Shown here: positions 41,153-49,933 of the stretch, piece after piece
How positions within the stretch are numbered: the first letter of the stretch is position 1
Layout of the letters: every line of letters starts with the position of its first letter
Assembly (NCBI GenBank): GCA_033852135.1
Contig: JAWSVB010000001.1
Location: 1,309 to 65,308, forward strand
DNA length: 64,000 bases
Direction of reading: 5' to 3'
Source: Gammaproteobacteria bacterium
GTDB lineage: Bacteria > Pseudomonadota > Gammaproteobacteria > QZLD01
Translations under genes and position numbers: made by a program
Notes under the pieces: model-generated
The model's database searches: none
What the model saw: the letters and a program-made list of their open reading frames with translations, nothing else
What the model was told of the DNA's origin: nothing

Positions 41153-41707
41153 TTAATTTTGCTGCGGCTTTTCTTCTTTTTCGGTTATCTCTGGTTTATC
41201 TTCAGATTTAGCGCTCTCGGCAGCAACTGTTTCAGGTTGGGTTTGTTGACCATGAAGCATAGCATCTAGATATTTATTTTTGTGTTCTGCGCCATATACA
41301 AACACCTTAGCAGTTAATGGCCACCCTTTTTCGTCTGTAACCAGTACTGTCCATTTACCTTTTTGCTGTTCACTTAGCTTCTTGCGCGAAAAGACACGCC
41401 AGCGTGGACCACCGATATCAAATGAAACTCGAGACACCTCTTTCCCTTCATACTCCCAACAGTGTACAACTTTATGGCCAGTCATATATAGAATTTCTGA
41501 AAAGAAAAAAACCTCTTTAGCGGAGTCATCAATAAAAACCACATCATCAACAGGCTCTCTTTGATCCATTTTTGTAGCAAACTGAGCCCGAGAAACTTTT
41601 CCACCATGATCTTTTCCTCTAGGAGCAGCATTAACCACCTGTATACCACCTAAAAAAACCAATACCGCCAAGACAATAGCAAGTTTATTTCTAATAACAG
41701 CAAACAT
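41153..41707 (-). CDS. Secreted DUF2914-like protein
   Basis: Signal peptide. Core AQFATKMDQREPVD...GHKVVHCWEYEGKEV...GPRWRVFSRKKL...GKWTVLVTDEKGWPL matches my recollection of DUF2914. Confidence 0.45.
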   Translation of the reverse strand: MFAVIRNKLAIVLAVLVFLGGIQVVNAAPRGKDHGGKVSRAQFATKMDQREPVDDVVFIDDSAKEVFFFSEILYMTGHKVVHCWEYEGKEVSRVSFDIGGPRWRVFSRKKLSEQQKGKWTVLVTDEKGWPLTAKVFVYGAEHKNKYLDAMLHGQQTQPETVAAESAKSEDKPEITEKEEKPQQN

Positions 41708-41941
41708 TTAAAAACCCCTAACAAAGATACTATTTTATTTTTTAAAGTCATTACACTTGCTAATTATTATGAAGCATAATGGTTAGTCATCCACCCGAAG
41801 TAAAGCATGAAACTCTTTTATTCGATTTAATAGAAAGAATATCAGCAGCTAATACAATAACAACTATTTTTTATCTAACTGCATAAGTTTTTATGCTACT
41901 ATTTCGATTATATTAACTCTAACTAAATGTGGAATTCTTAA

Positions 41942-42754
41942 ATGATTTATTCCAAAACGCCCCCTGTTGTTCTTGTTTTTGCTGGCTCAGATCCAACTGG
42001 TGGGGCTGGGGCCCAAGCAGCTATAGAATCAATTGTAAGCGCAGGGTGCCACCCAGTTACTGTAATTACGGCAATTACAGTGCAGGACACACAAGATGTT
42101 CACGGATATGCTCCACTCGATCATGAAATTATCATTGAACAAGCTCGCACAGTTTTAGAAGACATCCCTGTTAGTGCTATCCATATCGGTATGATAGGTA
42201 GCGCTGAAGCAGCTGAGGCAATTCATAGCATATTAATTGATTATCCAGATATCCCTGTTGTTCTTGATCCAATTCTATTTTCCGGTGGTGGTTCACCACT
42301 TGCTGACGATGAAATTGCTGAAATCATGATCGGCATGATACTTCCTATCGCTACCATTATTACTCCGAACAGCAATGAGGCATACACCCTTTCACCAGGG
42401 GCAGACTCACTTGATGCGTGCGCAAACTCAATGTTAGACTATGGCTGCGAGCATGTTTTGATTACTGGAACTCATAGCAGCACAGCAAATGTTGTAAACT
42501 CTTTATATTCAGCTGACACAGCAAATGTAATGAAATTTGAATGGGATAGGTTGCCAAACACCTACCACGGCTCTGGCTGCACTCTAGCTGCTAGCATAGC
42601 AGCTTATATAGCACTGGATGAACCTATCGAAGTTGCAGTAAAAAAAGCTCAAAAATATACATGGAACTCTCTAAAGCATGGTACACGCATGGGGATGGGA
42701 CAATATATTCCAAACCGTTTTTTTTGGACATCAGGAAACCAGGATAATAATTAG
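41942..42754 (+). CDS. thiD: Hydroxymethylpyrimidine/phosphomethylpyrimidine kinase
   Basis: VLVFAGSDPTGGAGAQAA start and a ribokinase-like fold (TPNSNEA, GSGCTLAASIAA). Confidence 0.92.
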   Translation: MIYSKTPPVVLVFAGSDPTGGAGAQAAIESIVSAGCHPVTVITAITVQDTQDVHGYAPLDHEIIIEQARTVLEDIPVSAIHIGMIGSAEAAEAIHSILIDYPDIPVVLDPILFSGGGSPLADDEIAEIMIGMILPIATIITPNSNEAYTLSPGADSLDACANSMLDYGCEHVLITGTHSSTANVVNSLYSADTANVMKFEWDRLPNTYHGSGCTLAASIAAYIALDEPIEVAVKKAQKYTWNSLKHGTRMGMGQYIPNRFFWTSGNQDNN

Positions 42755-42756
42755 TC

Positions 42757-43386
42757 ATGAGCAGCATAAAAGGACTTTATGTTTTAACAGATGAGAACCT
42801 CATTTCAGAATCTGATCTAAACCACTGCGTAGAACAGGCGATAATCGGTGGGGCAAGTGTGGTTCAGTACCGCAATAAAAAAACCCCCTACCAAGCTAAG
42901 GTGGCCCAAGCCGAATCATTACTGCAAATTTGCAACCTGCATTCGGTTCCATTGATCATCAATGATGACATTGGTTTATGTGCAGATATTGGCGCCGATG
43001 GAGTACACTTAGGCCAAAGCGACGGTGATATTTCTGACGCCAGAGAGCACCTTGGATCAGAGGCGATCATTGGCATCACCTGTCATAATTCAATCAAGCT
43101 TGCACTTGATGCTCAAGAAGCTGGAGCAGACTATGTTGCTTTTGGGCGTTTTTTCCCATCCAACACTAAACCTGATGCGCAGCCAGCACAGCTTGCAATT
43201 TTAGAGCAGGCTAGCAAGATGTTAGAGATACCTTCGGTAGCTATTGGTGGGATAACAAAAGACAATGCTGCAAAGCTAATTGAGGCAGGGGCATCCTCTA
43301 TTGCTGTGGCTGGATCTGTATTTTCTGATCCAGATCCTAAAGCGCAAGCTGAAAAGCTATCTGGCCTATTCAGCTATTTAAACTAA
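42757..43386 (+). CDS. thiE: Thiamine-phosphate synthase
   Basis: GLYVLTD, VQYRNK, GADGVHLGQSD and VAIGGI motifs. Confidence 0.92.
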   Translation: MSSIKGLYVLTDENLISESDLNHCVEQAIIGGASVVQYRNKKTPYQAKVAQAESLLQICNLHSVPLIINDDIGLCADIGADGVHLGQSDGDISDAREHLGSEAIIGITCHNSIKLALDAQEAGADYVAFGRFFPSNTKPDAQPAQLAILEQASKMLEIPSVAIGGITKDNAAKLIEAGASSIAVAGSVFSDPDPKAQAEKLSGLFSYLN

Positions 43387-43400
43387 TCATATTCATCATT

Positions 43401-43435
43401 TGCCCTTCGCTTATGTTTGTCATAAAAGAAGGGCA
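43401..43435. terminator. Hairpin between convergent thiE and purU
   Basis: TGCCCTTC-N19-GAAGGGCA. The T-run is weak. Confidence 0.35.
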
Positions 43436-43445
43436 TGAAGAGTTT

Positions 43446-44303
43446 TTAATCAAAAACTACTGTTTTATTTCCGTGAATCAATACTCTGTCTTCCAGGTGG
43501 TATCTTAGTCCACGCGAGAGCACCATTCTTTCTACATCTTTACCAAGTCGAATCATATCTTCTTTCGAAACGCTATGGGAGACCCGCACAACATCCTGGT
43601 CAATTATTGGCCCTGCATCTAGCTCTTCAGTCACATAGTGGCTTGTAGCTCCGATCAATTTAACCCCCCTTTCATACGCTTGCTGATAGGGTTTAGCGCC
43701 GACAAAAGATGGAAGGAAGCTATGGTGAATATTTATGATTCTACCCGCATATTTTGTACATAGCTCTGGGGGGATAATCTGCATATAGCGAGCTAGAACC
43801 ACAACATCACTTTGATATTGATCAATAAGTTCATTTACCCTGGCAAACGCTTCCTCTTTCTTATCCTTAACCACAGGTACGTGGTAGAAAGGGATATTGT
43901 ACCAACCAACCATCTCTTCTAGATCTTTATGATTTGATATAACACATTGAATATCACAATTAAGCTCGCCACTTTTCCAACGGTGCAATATATCAATCGG
44001 ACAGTGAGGGTCCTTGCTCGCCATCAGTATAGTTTTCTTTGGGGCAGCTGCATCTATCAGGCGCCAGCTCATCTCGAATCCGGCAGCTGCATCAGAAAAA
44101 TCTTTACGAAAACCTTCAACATCAAATGCATTAACTCCAGAGCCGATCTCGTAACGCATAAAAAACCAGTTATCGATAAACTCTGAGTGCTGGCTTGCCT
44201 CACGAATTGAACCGCTATACTTGGCAATTAGGTTACTAACCATCGCCACAATCCCTACCTTATCTGGGCATGAAACTACTAATCGATAAATATCTTCCAT
44301 CAA
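43446..44303 (-). CDS. purU: Formyltetrahydrofolate deformylase
   Basis: N-terminal ACT domain (VSCPDKVGIVA) and a formyltransferase core (INIHHSFLPSFVGAKPY). Confidence 0.93.
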   Translation of the reverse strand: MMEDIYRLVVSCPDKVGIVAMVSNLIAKYSGSIREASQHSEFIDNWFFMRYEIGSGVNAFDVEGFRKDFSDAAAGFEMSWRLIDAAAPKKTILMASKDPHCPIDILHRWKSGELNCDIQCVISNHKDLEEMVGWYNIPFYHVPVVKDKKEEAFARVNELIDQYQSDVVVLARYMQIIPPELCTKYAGRIINIHHSFLPSFVGAKPYQQAYERGVKLIGATSHYVTEELDAGPIIDQDVVRVSHSVSKEDMIRLGKDVERMVLSRGLRYHLEDRVLIHGNKTVVFD

Positions 44304-44382
44304 TGGAACCTCTGTTATCCCAACTCGTTTATTTTTTGTGCCTATGTTTATACTGACAACGCATATGTTAGAGATATCAGTT

Positions 44383-45057
44383 TTATAGATCTATCTCAAG
44401 ATGCTTTGCAACAAATTCTGCATTAATTGTAGCATTGAATGGTATTTCACCCATTAGCGGGGCTGAAATTCTATCTGCTATCGATTGTTTTTGCTCTTCA
44501 AGACATAGATCTTTAGGGCTAACATAATTTGCTACCCATCCTGCAACTTGTAACCCGCTGGCTTTAACTGCCTCATAGGTAAGTAATGCATGATTGATGC
44601 ACCCAAGGCGAATTCCAACCACAATAACAACTGGTAAGTCTAAAGCCTGTGCCAAACCATCCATTCTGCAGGTTTTACTAATTGGAACAGTCCAGCCGCC
44701 AACACCTTCCACTACAACTACGTCTATTTTTTTCGTAATCTGCTCATAACATTCAAGAATCACTTCCATCTCAATCTCTACACCGTTTTGCTCTGCGGCT
44801 ATATGAGGTGCGATTGGATCTTTGAAGGTATAAGGGTTTATCAAGTCATATGAGATATCTGTATTCGCTGCTTTTATCAACTGCAAAGCATCGCTATTAC
44901 GCAGACCAAGATCTGTTGTATCACAGCCAGATGCTATTGGCTTCATCCCAGCAACCTGATACTGCATCGATGCTATCTTATGGATTATTCCTGCAGCCAC
45001 CTCTGTTTTTCCTGCATCGGTGTCTGTACCTGTTATAAAAAAACCTTTCAATTGCAA
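44383..45057 (-). CDS. bioD: Dethiobiotin synthase
   Basis: FFITGTDTDAGKT P-loop; TTG start. Confidence 0.93.
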   Translation of the reverse strand: MQLKGFFITGTDTDAGKTEVAAGIIHKIASMQYQVAGMKPIASGCDTTDLGLRNSDALQLIKAANTDISYDLINPYTFKDPIAPHIAAEQNGVEIEMEVILECYEQITKKIDVVVVEGVGGWTVPISKTCRMDGLAQALDLPVVIVVGIRLGCINHALLTYEAVKASGLQVAGWVANYVSPKDLCLEEQKQSIADRISAPLMGEIPFNATINAEFVAKHLEIDL

Positions 45058-45098
45058 ATCCTCAAGTCATATTTTTATATTCACATCTCTATACTTAA

Positions 45099-45220
45099 TA
45101 AAGCGTCATGAGCAAAAATTAGGTGCGACGAAATCCATTTAAAAACACGGAGTTTACTTTAGTAAATGAGTATTTTTTTCACTGGCTTTTAACACAGCAA
45201 AAGCAAGCGCAATAGCTTTA
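45099..45220. repeat. About 122-nt intergenic repeat element, copy C (between bioD and bioC)
   Basis: It starts TAAAGCGTCATGAGC and ends AAAGCAAGCGCAATAGCTTTA. It has an internal hairpin plus T-run. Its last 3 nt are the bioC stop codon (complement). The architecture matches 55348..55470. Confidence 0.7.
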
Positions 45221-46030
45221 TTTCCAGGCGTGGGCATAGATGATGTCATAAGTTACCGGAACTCCATCATCTTCACGCAACTCTTCATACTTAGATATCA
45301 TCTGCTGCATCTTTGATTTACCCGTCAAAACGCGTGACCTACCATGAGTCCTATTATTTGCCCCTAGAGTTTTAAGCTCGCGCATCAGTGGCATTACATC
45401 TGCATAGTGCAGTTTGATCTTATCGCTATCAACCACTACATCGGTAAACCCTGCTTCTAGCAACATATCTCCCACACTACCAATAGAGTAAAAGCTGTTC
45501 ACATGGGAGTTATCCGGATCAACAGCCCCCCATGACTGCTTTAGCTCTAATAGTGTTGAGGGACCAAAAGTAGCAAAATGGAGTAATCCTCCGTTACGCA
45601 TAATGCGCTGATATTCATCCAGCACCACTGGCAAATCATTACTCCATTGCATAGCCAAATTGGAGAAAATCATATCGACACAATCAGACTTTATTGGCAT
45701 GTTATGCATATCAGCAACCGAGCAACCGGTTAAACCAGAGCTGTTTCTATCACGATTTACTTGTAACATCCCATTTGCAATATCAAATGCCATAACTTGT
45801 GTTTGAGGATACTTTTGAATTAACTTTCCAGTTGGAACCCCTGTTCCAGCCCCAACATCAACTAATAGTTTTGGCTCAAATTTCACATGACCTAACCTGC
45901 TTAGCAGTCGGTCTCCAACATCACGCTGCAATGCAGTCACAGAGTCATATTTAGCAGCAGCTTTATCAAAAGAATCTTTTGTGTTTTCCACATCAACATG
46001 GTGTTTATCTATGCTCTCAAACTCTTTCAC
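45218..46030 (-). CDS. bioC: Malonyl-ACP O-methyltransferase
   Basis: SAM motif VDVGAGTG and position in the bio cluster. The GTG start overlaps the bioH stop (GTGA). Confidence 0.86.
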   Translation of the reverse strand: MKEFESIDKHHVDVENTKDSFDKAAAKYDSVTALQRDVGDRLLSRLGHVKFEPKLLVDVGAGTGVPTGKLIQKYPQTQVMAFDIANGMLQVNRDRNSSGLTGCSVADMHNMPIKSDCVDMIFSNLAMQWSNDLPVVLDEYQRIMRNGGLLHFATFGPSTLLELKQSWGAVDPDNSHVNSFYSIGSVGDMLLEAGFTDVVVDSDKIKLHYADVMPLMRELKTLGANNRTHGRSRVLTGKSKMQQMISKYEELREDDGVPVTYDIIYAHAWK

Positions 46031-46782
46031 TCTGTAAACTCTCTTGGGCTACTTATAAATTGTTTTACAGTTTGAACAAACTGTTGTGACTGTGATAAAA
46101 ATGGTAGATGAGCAGCGCAATCTAAGACTTTTATCTCAGATTTTGCAGATAGTTTATCCAATACCGGCGGCACCATTTGGTCATCTGCGCCATAAATCCA
46201 TAGGGTATCAATTGTCGACTGCGCTACCTGCTCACGCAGATCACTTTGATGTAATATCTTAAGGCTATCAAGCAAATTATATTTGGATACCTCTTTTGAT
46301 AATAACCTTATAATCTCTTTGACGATCAATTTTGGTTTTGGCTCCATAGCTGCTAACTGCAAATAGAACCCTTTCAAAGCATCACTATGATTCTTCTCAA
46401 TCTGACTACCAAACTGGGCAGCCAAATCTGGATCAACCGCTTGCTTCCAGCCATCTTTCTGTATAAAACAAGGTGTTGCTGCAACCAATACCAGCTTATC
46501 TATCAGTTGTGGAAAATCGATTGCTATCTGCTGAGCAACCAATCCCCCTAAAGACCAGCCAAGCAAGCTAAATTTTTCTCCGTCTCCACTTTCAATCTTG
46601 CTAATAATATCTGCCGCAGCATCTTGCAATGAAGCTGAAAAAGACTCACCCTCCCTGACACCATACCCAGGTAAGTCAATAAGCTGAATATCGAACTCTT
46701 CACTCAATACAGGGGTTATTTTTGCAAATATTTCACTGCTAAATCCCCACCCATGCAGCAATACTAGCTTTTGTCGCTTCAT
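46027..46782 (-). CDS. bioH: Pimeloyl-ACP methyl ester esterase
   Basis: Similar to E. coli BioH (LVLLHGWG, GWSLGGLVA). Confidence 0.85.
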   Translation of the reverse strand: MKRQKLVLLHGWGFSSEIFAKITPVLSEEFDIQLIDLPGYGVREGESFSASLQDAAADIISKIESGDGEKFSLLGWSLGGLVAQQIAIDFPQLIDKLVLVAATPCFIQKDGWKQAVDPDLAAQFGSQIEKNHSDALKGFYLQLAAMEPKPKLIVKEIIRLLSKEVSKYNLLDSLKILHQSDLREQVAQSTIDTLWIYGADDQMVPPVLDKLSAKSEIKVLDCAAHLPFLSQSQQFVQTVKQFISSPREFTE

Positions 46783-47957
46783 ATATTAACCAGCTCTATT
46801 GAACGCTGTAGAGCATCTAGAAGCTGGTCTACATGTTGCTCTGTATGGTTTGCACTAAAAGTAACCCGCAAGCGCGCAGTTCCTTTTGGTACTGTTGGCG
46901 GTCTAATAGCTGTAACTATAACTCCCTGCTGTTTGAGACTGTTTGAGATCTCAACCGCTTTTGCTGTATCACCAATCAATATTGGTTGGATGGGAGTATT
47001 GGAATCCATTAGGTTTAAGCCCAGTTGCTGTGCTCTGGTACGGAATCTTATTATCAAATTTTGTAAGTGTTCACGGCGCCACGATTCAGATTCAATTAGA
47101 TCTATGCTCTTTATCGTTGCCAACGCAACTGCAGCTGGCATTGCTGTGGTATAGATATAGGTTCTGGCTTTTTGAATCAAAAATTCAACCATATCCTCAC
47201 TGGCAGCTACAAAAGCTCCAGCGGTTCCAAACCCCTTGCCTAAGGTTCCTAGCAGGATATCTACATCACTAGGATCTATATTTTGCTCTTCAATGGTCCC
47301 ACGGCCAGTTAAACCTGTAACTCCTACACCGTGAGCATCATCAACCAATGTGATGGCATTATTAGCTTTGGCTACTTCTAGAATTGATTCAAGTGGGGCA
47401 ACATCCCCATCCATGCTAAAGACACCATCTGTAGCGATTAAGGTTTTTCCCGTTTGATTGCTCTCAACTCTTTTCTGCAGATGTTTGGCATCGAGATGGT
47501 TATAGCGCACTAGCTTGGCATTGGATAACTGCGCCCCATCTATTAACGACGCATGGTTTAACTTATCCTCAACTATTAGGTCATTTTTATCTGTTAGAGC
47601 AGATATAACACCCATATTCGCCATGTAACCCGTGGAGAACAGCAATGCACGCTTTGTTTTACAAAAATCAGCCAAACGCTCTTCCAGTTGATGATGCGCT
47701 TTAGTATGCCCTAATACCAGGTGAGCAGATCCACTCCCAACCCCATAATCTTTAGCTGCTTGGATAAAGGCGGAGCAGACTTCAGGGTGATCGGAAAGAC
47801 CAAGGTAATCATTACTACAAAATGCGAGCACCTGCTGCCCAGAAACCACAGGCTGCGTAGATGAGGTTCCTTCAACAATCTGGCGTGTACGATATAGGTT
47901 ATCTGCCTTCACCTGTTGCAGCTGCTGTTTGATATAGATATTAAAATCAGAAGACAC
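46779..47957 (-). CDS. bioF: 8-amino-7-oxononanoate synthase
   Basis: PLP-dependent; GTLGKGFG lysine motif. Confidence 0.93.
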   Translation of the reverse strand: MSSDFNIYIKQQLQQVKADNLYRTRQIVEGTSSTQPVVSGQQVLAFCSNDYLGLSDHPEVCSAFIQAAKDYGVGSGSAHLVLGHTKAHHQLEERLADFCKTKRALLFSTGYMANMGVISALTDKNDLIVEDKLNHASLIDGAQLSNAKLVRYNHLDAKHLQKRVESNQTGKTLIATDGVFSMDGDVAPLESILEVAKANNAITLVDDAHGVGVTGLTGRGTIEEQNIDPSDVDILLGTLGKGFGTAGAFVAASEDMVEFLIQKARTYIYTTAMPAAVALATIKSIDLIESESWRREHLQNLIIRFRTRAQQLGLNLMDSNTPIQPILIGDTAKAVEISNSLKQQGVIVTAIRPPTVPKGTARLRVTFSANHTEQHVDQLLDALQRSIELVNI

Positions 47958-48907
47958 TATTTTTCTATCTCTAACCCTAATTTTTCAAATAGAGCCATAT
48001 CATCTGCTTGTGATACATTATCGGTAGTTAATAATTTATCACCATAGAAGATACTGTTGGCGCCAGCGAAGAAACACATAGCCTGCGTTGACTCACTCAT
48101 CTCACCCCTTCCGGCAGACAGACGTACATGGGATTCTGGCAACATAATTCTGGCAACTGCAATCATGCGTATGAAATCAAGGTGATCAACCTCCTCAACT
48201 TCATTCATCTGCGCCCCATCTAGTTTAACCAACATATTGATCGGCACACTATGAGGGTGTTTGGGAAGGTTTGCCAAAGTACAAAGCATACTGGCTCTAT
48301 CATCTAGACTTTCACCTAGGCCAACTATTCCACCACAGCAAACATTGATATCAGCATTATTCACATATTCCAGCGTACGCAGGCGGTCATCATAGGTTCT
48401 GGTAGTAACTACATTAGGGTAGTGCTCACGCGAGGTATCAAGGTTGTGATTAAAATAGTCTAACCCTGCCTCTTTTAGCTCATGCGCCTGCTCCTGAGTC
48501 ACCATACCCAGTGTCATACAAGCCTCAAGCCCAATACCTTTTACTGCCTTTATGATCTCAATGATATGAGGCATATCCTTTTGTTTAGGGTTGCGCCATG
48601 CAGCCCCCATACAAAGACGAGTAAGGCCAGCATCTTTTGCTCTGTTTGCTGATTCAATTACCTTTTGCAGCTCCATCATCTCTGACTTTGCACTTTCTTT
48701 ATTGTTATGTACATTCTGTGAGCAATAGCCACAGTTCTCCGTACACCCACCCTCTTTAATATTCAGAAGGGTGCTGACCTGGATTTTATTTGGATTAAAG
48801 TTTTCTCGATAAATAGTATGAGATTTAAAAAGAAGATCATTCATTGGAAGAGAAAATAGTTTTATAACCTCATCCATAGCCCAGTCGTGTCGAATCATAT
48901 CTATCAC
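47957..48907 (-). CDS. bioB: Biotin synthase
   Basis: Radical [13 protein letters not shown] plus GMVTQEQ and YFNHNLDTS motifs; GTG start. Confidence 0.97.
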   Translation of the reverse strand: MIDMIRHDWAMDEVIKLFSLPMNDLLFKSHTIYRENFNPNKIQVSTLLNIKEGGCTENCGYCSQNVHNNKESAKSEMMELQKVIESANRAKDAGLTRLCMGAAWRNPKQKDMPHIIEIIKAVKGIGLEACMTLGMVTQEQAHELKEAGLDYFNHNLDTSREHYPNVVTTRTYDDRLRTLEYVNNADINVCCGGIVGLGESLDDRASMLCTLANLPKHPHSVPINMLVKLDGAQMNEVEEVDHLDFIRMIAVARIMLPESHVRLSAGRGEMSESTQAMCFFAGANSIFYGDKLLTTDNVSQADDMALFEKLGLEIEK

Positions 48908-48982
48908 CAGTTAATAAAAGCAGTACGCAAAGCAAAGTATTGCAAGTTAATCATATGCAAGCAGGATAACTTCAAAATCTCT

Positions 48983-49018
48983 ATTGTCAACTTTTCCATA
49001 CAAGCAAAAGTTGACAAT
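48983..49018. promoter_or_regulatory. BirA-type biotin operator (bioO)
   Basis: ATTGTCAACTTTT-N10-AAAAGTTGACAAT, that is TTGTCAAC-N18-GTTGACAA. This is the same geometry as E. coli bioO (TTGTAAAC-N18-GTTTACAA). It lies 76-110 nt upstream of bioB. Confidence 0.65.
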
Positions 49019-49106
49019 GATGATTTTACTATATGTGCAAGTTATTCAATAATAAGAAACATAATATTTATAACGTTAAAAACACAAGACACTATGGGGA
49101 TCAAAC

Positions 49107-49847
49107 ATGGCTAAGCTATTTAGCTCTGCACTGCTGAAGCATGCCTTTAGCGGTATTAGTAAGTCTATATATCCTGAAATTTGCCACAACTGCAATACTC
49201 CAATCCTTACAGATGAAAGAGGGCTTTGCACAGAGTGCCGGCACGGGTTAAAACTAGTCTTAAATCCATGCAGTATATGCGGGGAAGAACTTACAGAGAT
49301 TATATCAACAGCGTCTATATGTGGCAGATGCCAAAAAGAGAAACGCCACTATAATAAAGTTATCGCTCCATTTTACTTCTCCCCCCCTTTAGACAGGGTA
49401 ATTCACAAAATGAAGATATCCAGAAAAATTAGCAACTGCACCCTCATTGCAGATTTAATCTATGAACAGATAGTTTTACGCCAAATTGAGATGCCTGACT
49501 GCTTAATTCCAGCCCCAACCAATCCAGCCAAACTGCGCCAAAGAGGGTTTAACCAAGCTACAGAGATTGCCAAGCAACTTGGGAAGAGACTTGGAATAAC
49601 AGTACGAAACGATCTCATCATTAAAAAAAGTAATACCAAGCGACAATCACAACTGCAGTATAACCAACGCCAATCCAACCTTAAAAACGCATTCATACTT
49701 AGTAGACCAATTCGATACGAACATATAGCGATTATTGATGATGTAGTCACTACTACAGCTACCGCAAATGAATTAGCAAAGATTGCCAAACAAAATGGTG
49801 TCAAGAAGGTACAAGTTTGGGCTTGCGCTCGAAGTATCAAACAATAA
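49107..49847 (+). CDS. comF: ComF-family phosphoribosyltransferase-like protein
   Basis: N-terminal Cys4 pairs (CHNC...CTEC, CSIC...CGRC) and the PRTase motif IAIIDDVVTTTAT. Confidence 0.8.
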   Translation: MAKLFSSALLKHAFSGISKSIYPEICHNCNTPILTDERGLCTECRHGLKLVLNPCSICGEELTEIISTASICGRCQKEKRHYNKVIAPFYFSPPLDRVIHKMKISRKISNCTLIADLIYEQIVLRQIEMPDCLIPAPTNPAKLRQRGFNQATEIAKQLGKRLGITVRNDLIIKKSNTKRQSQLQYNQRQSNLKNAFILSRPIRYEHIAIIDDVVTTTATANELAKIAKQNGVKKVQVWACARSIKQ

Positions 49848-49933
49848 TATATTTAACTTCAGTTATTACTAGGTAGTTTATCCTGAAAAACTGAGTAAAA
49901 TAGCCTGCAGGCGGATACAATTTAGGCAAAAAT

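Noticed and set aside
41708-41941. Looked for a TPP riboswitch upstream of thiD-thiE.
   Set aside because: This AT-rich leader has no CUGAGA / ACCUGAUCUGGAUAAUGCCAGCG-like core, so I cannot support a riboswitch call.
41929-42126. 65-aa ORF in an alternative frame at the thiD start.
   Set aside because: The overlapping frame (41942..42754) gives a full-length canonical ThiD, and this ORF is Cys/Trp-rich noise.
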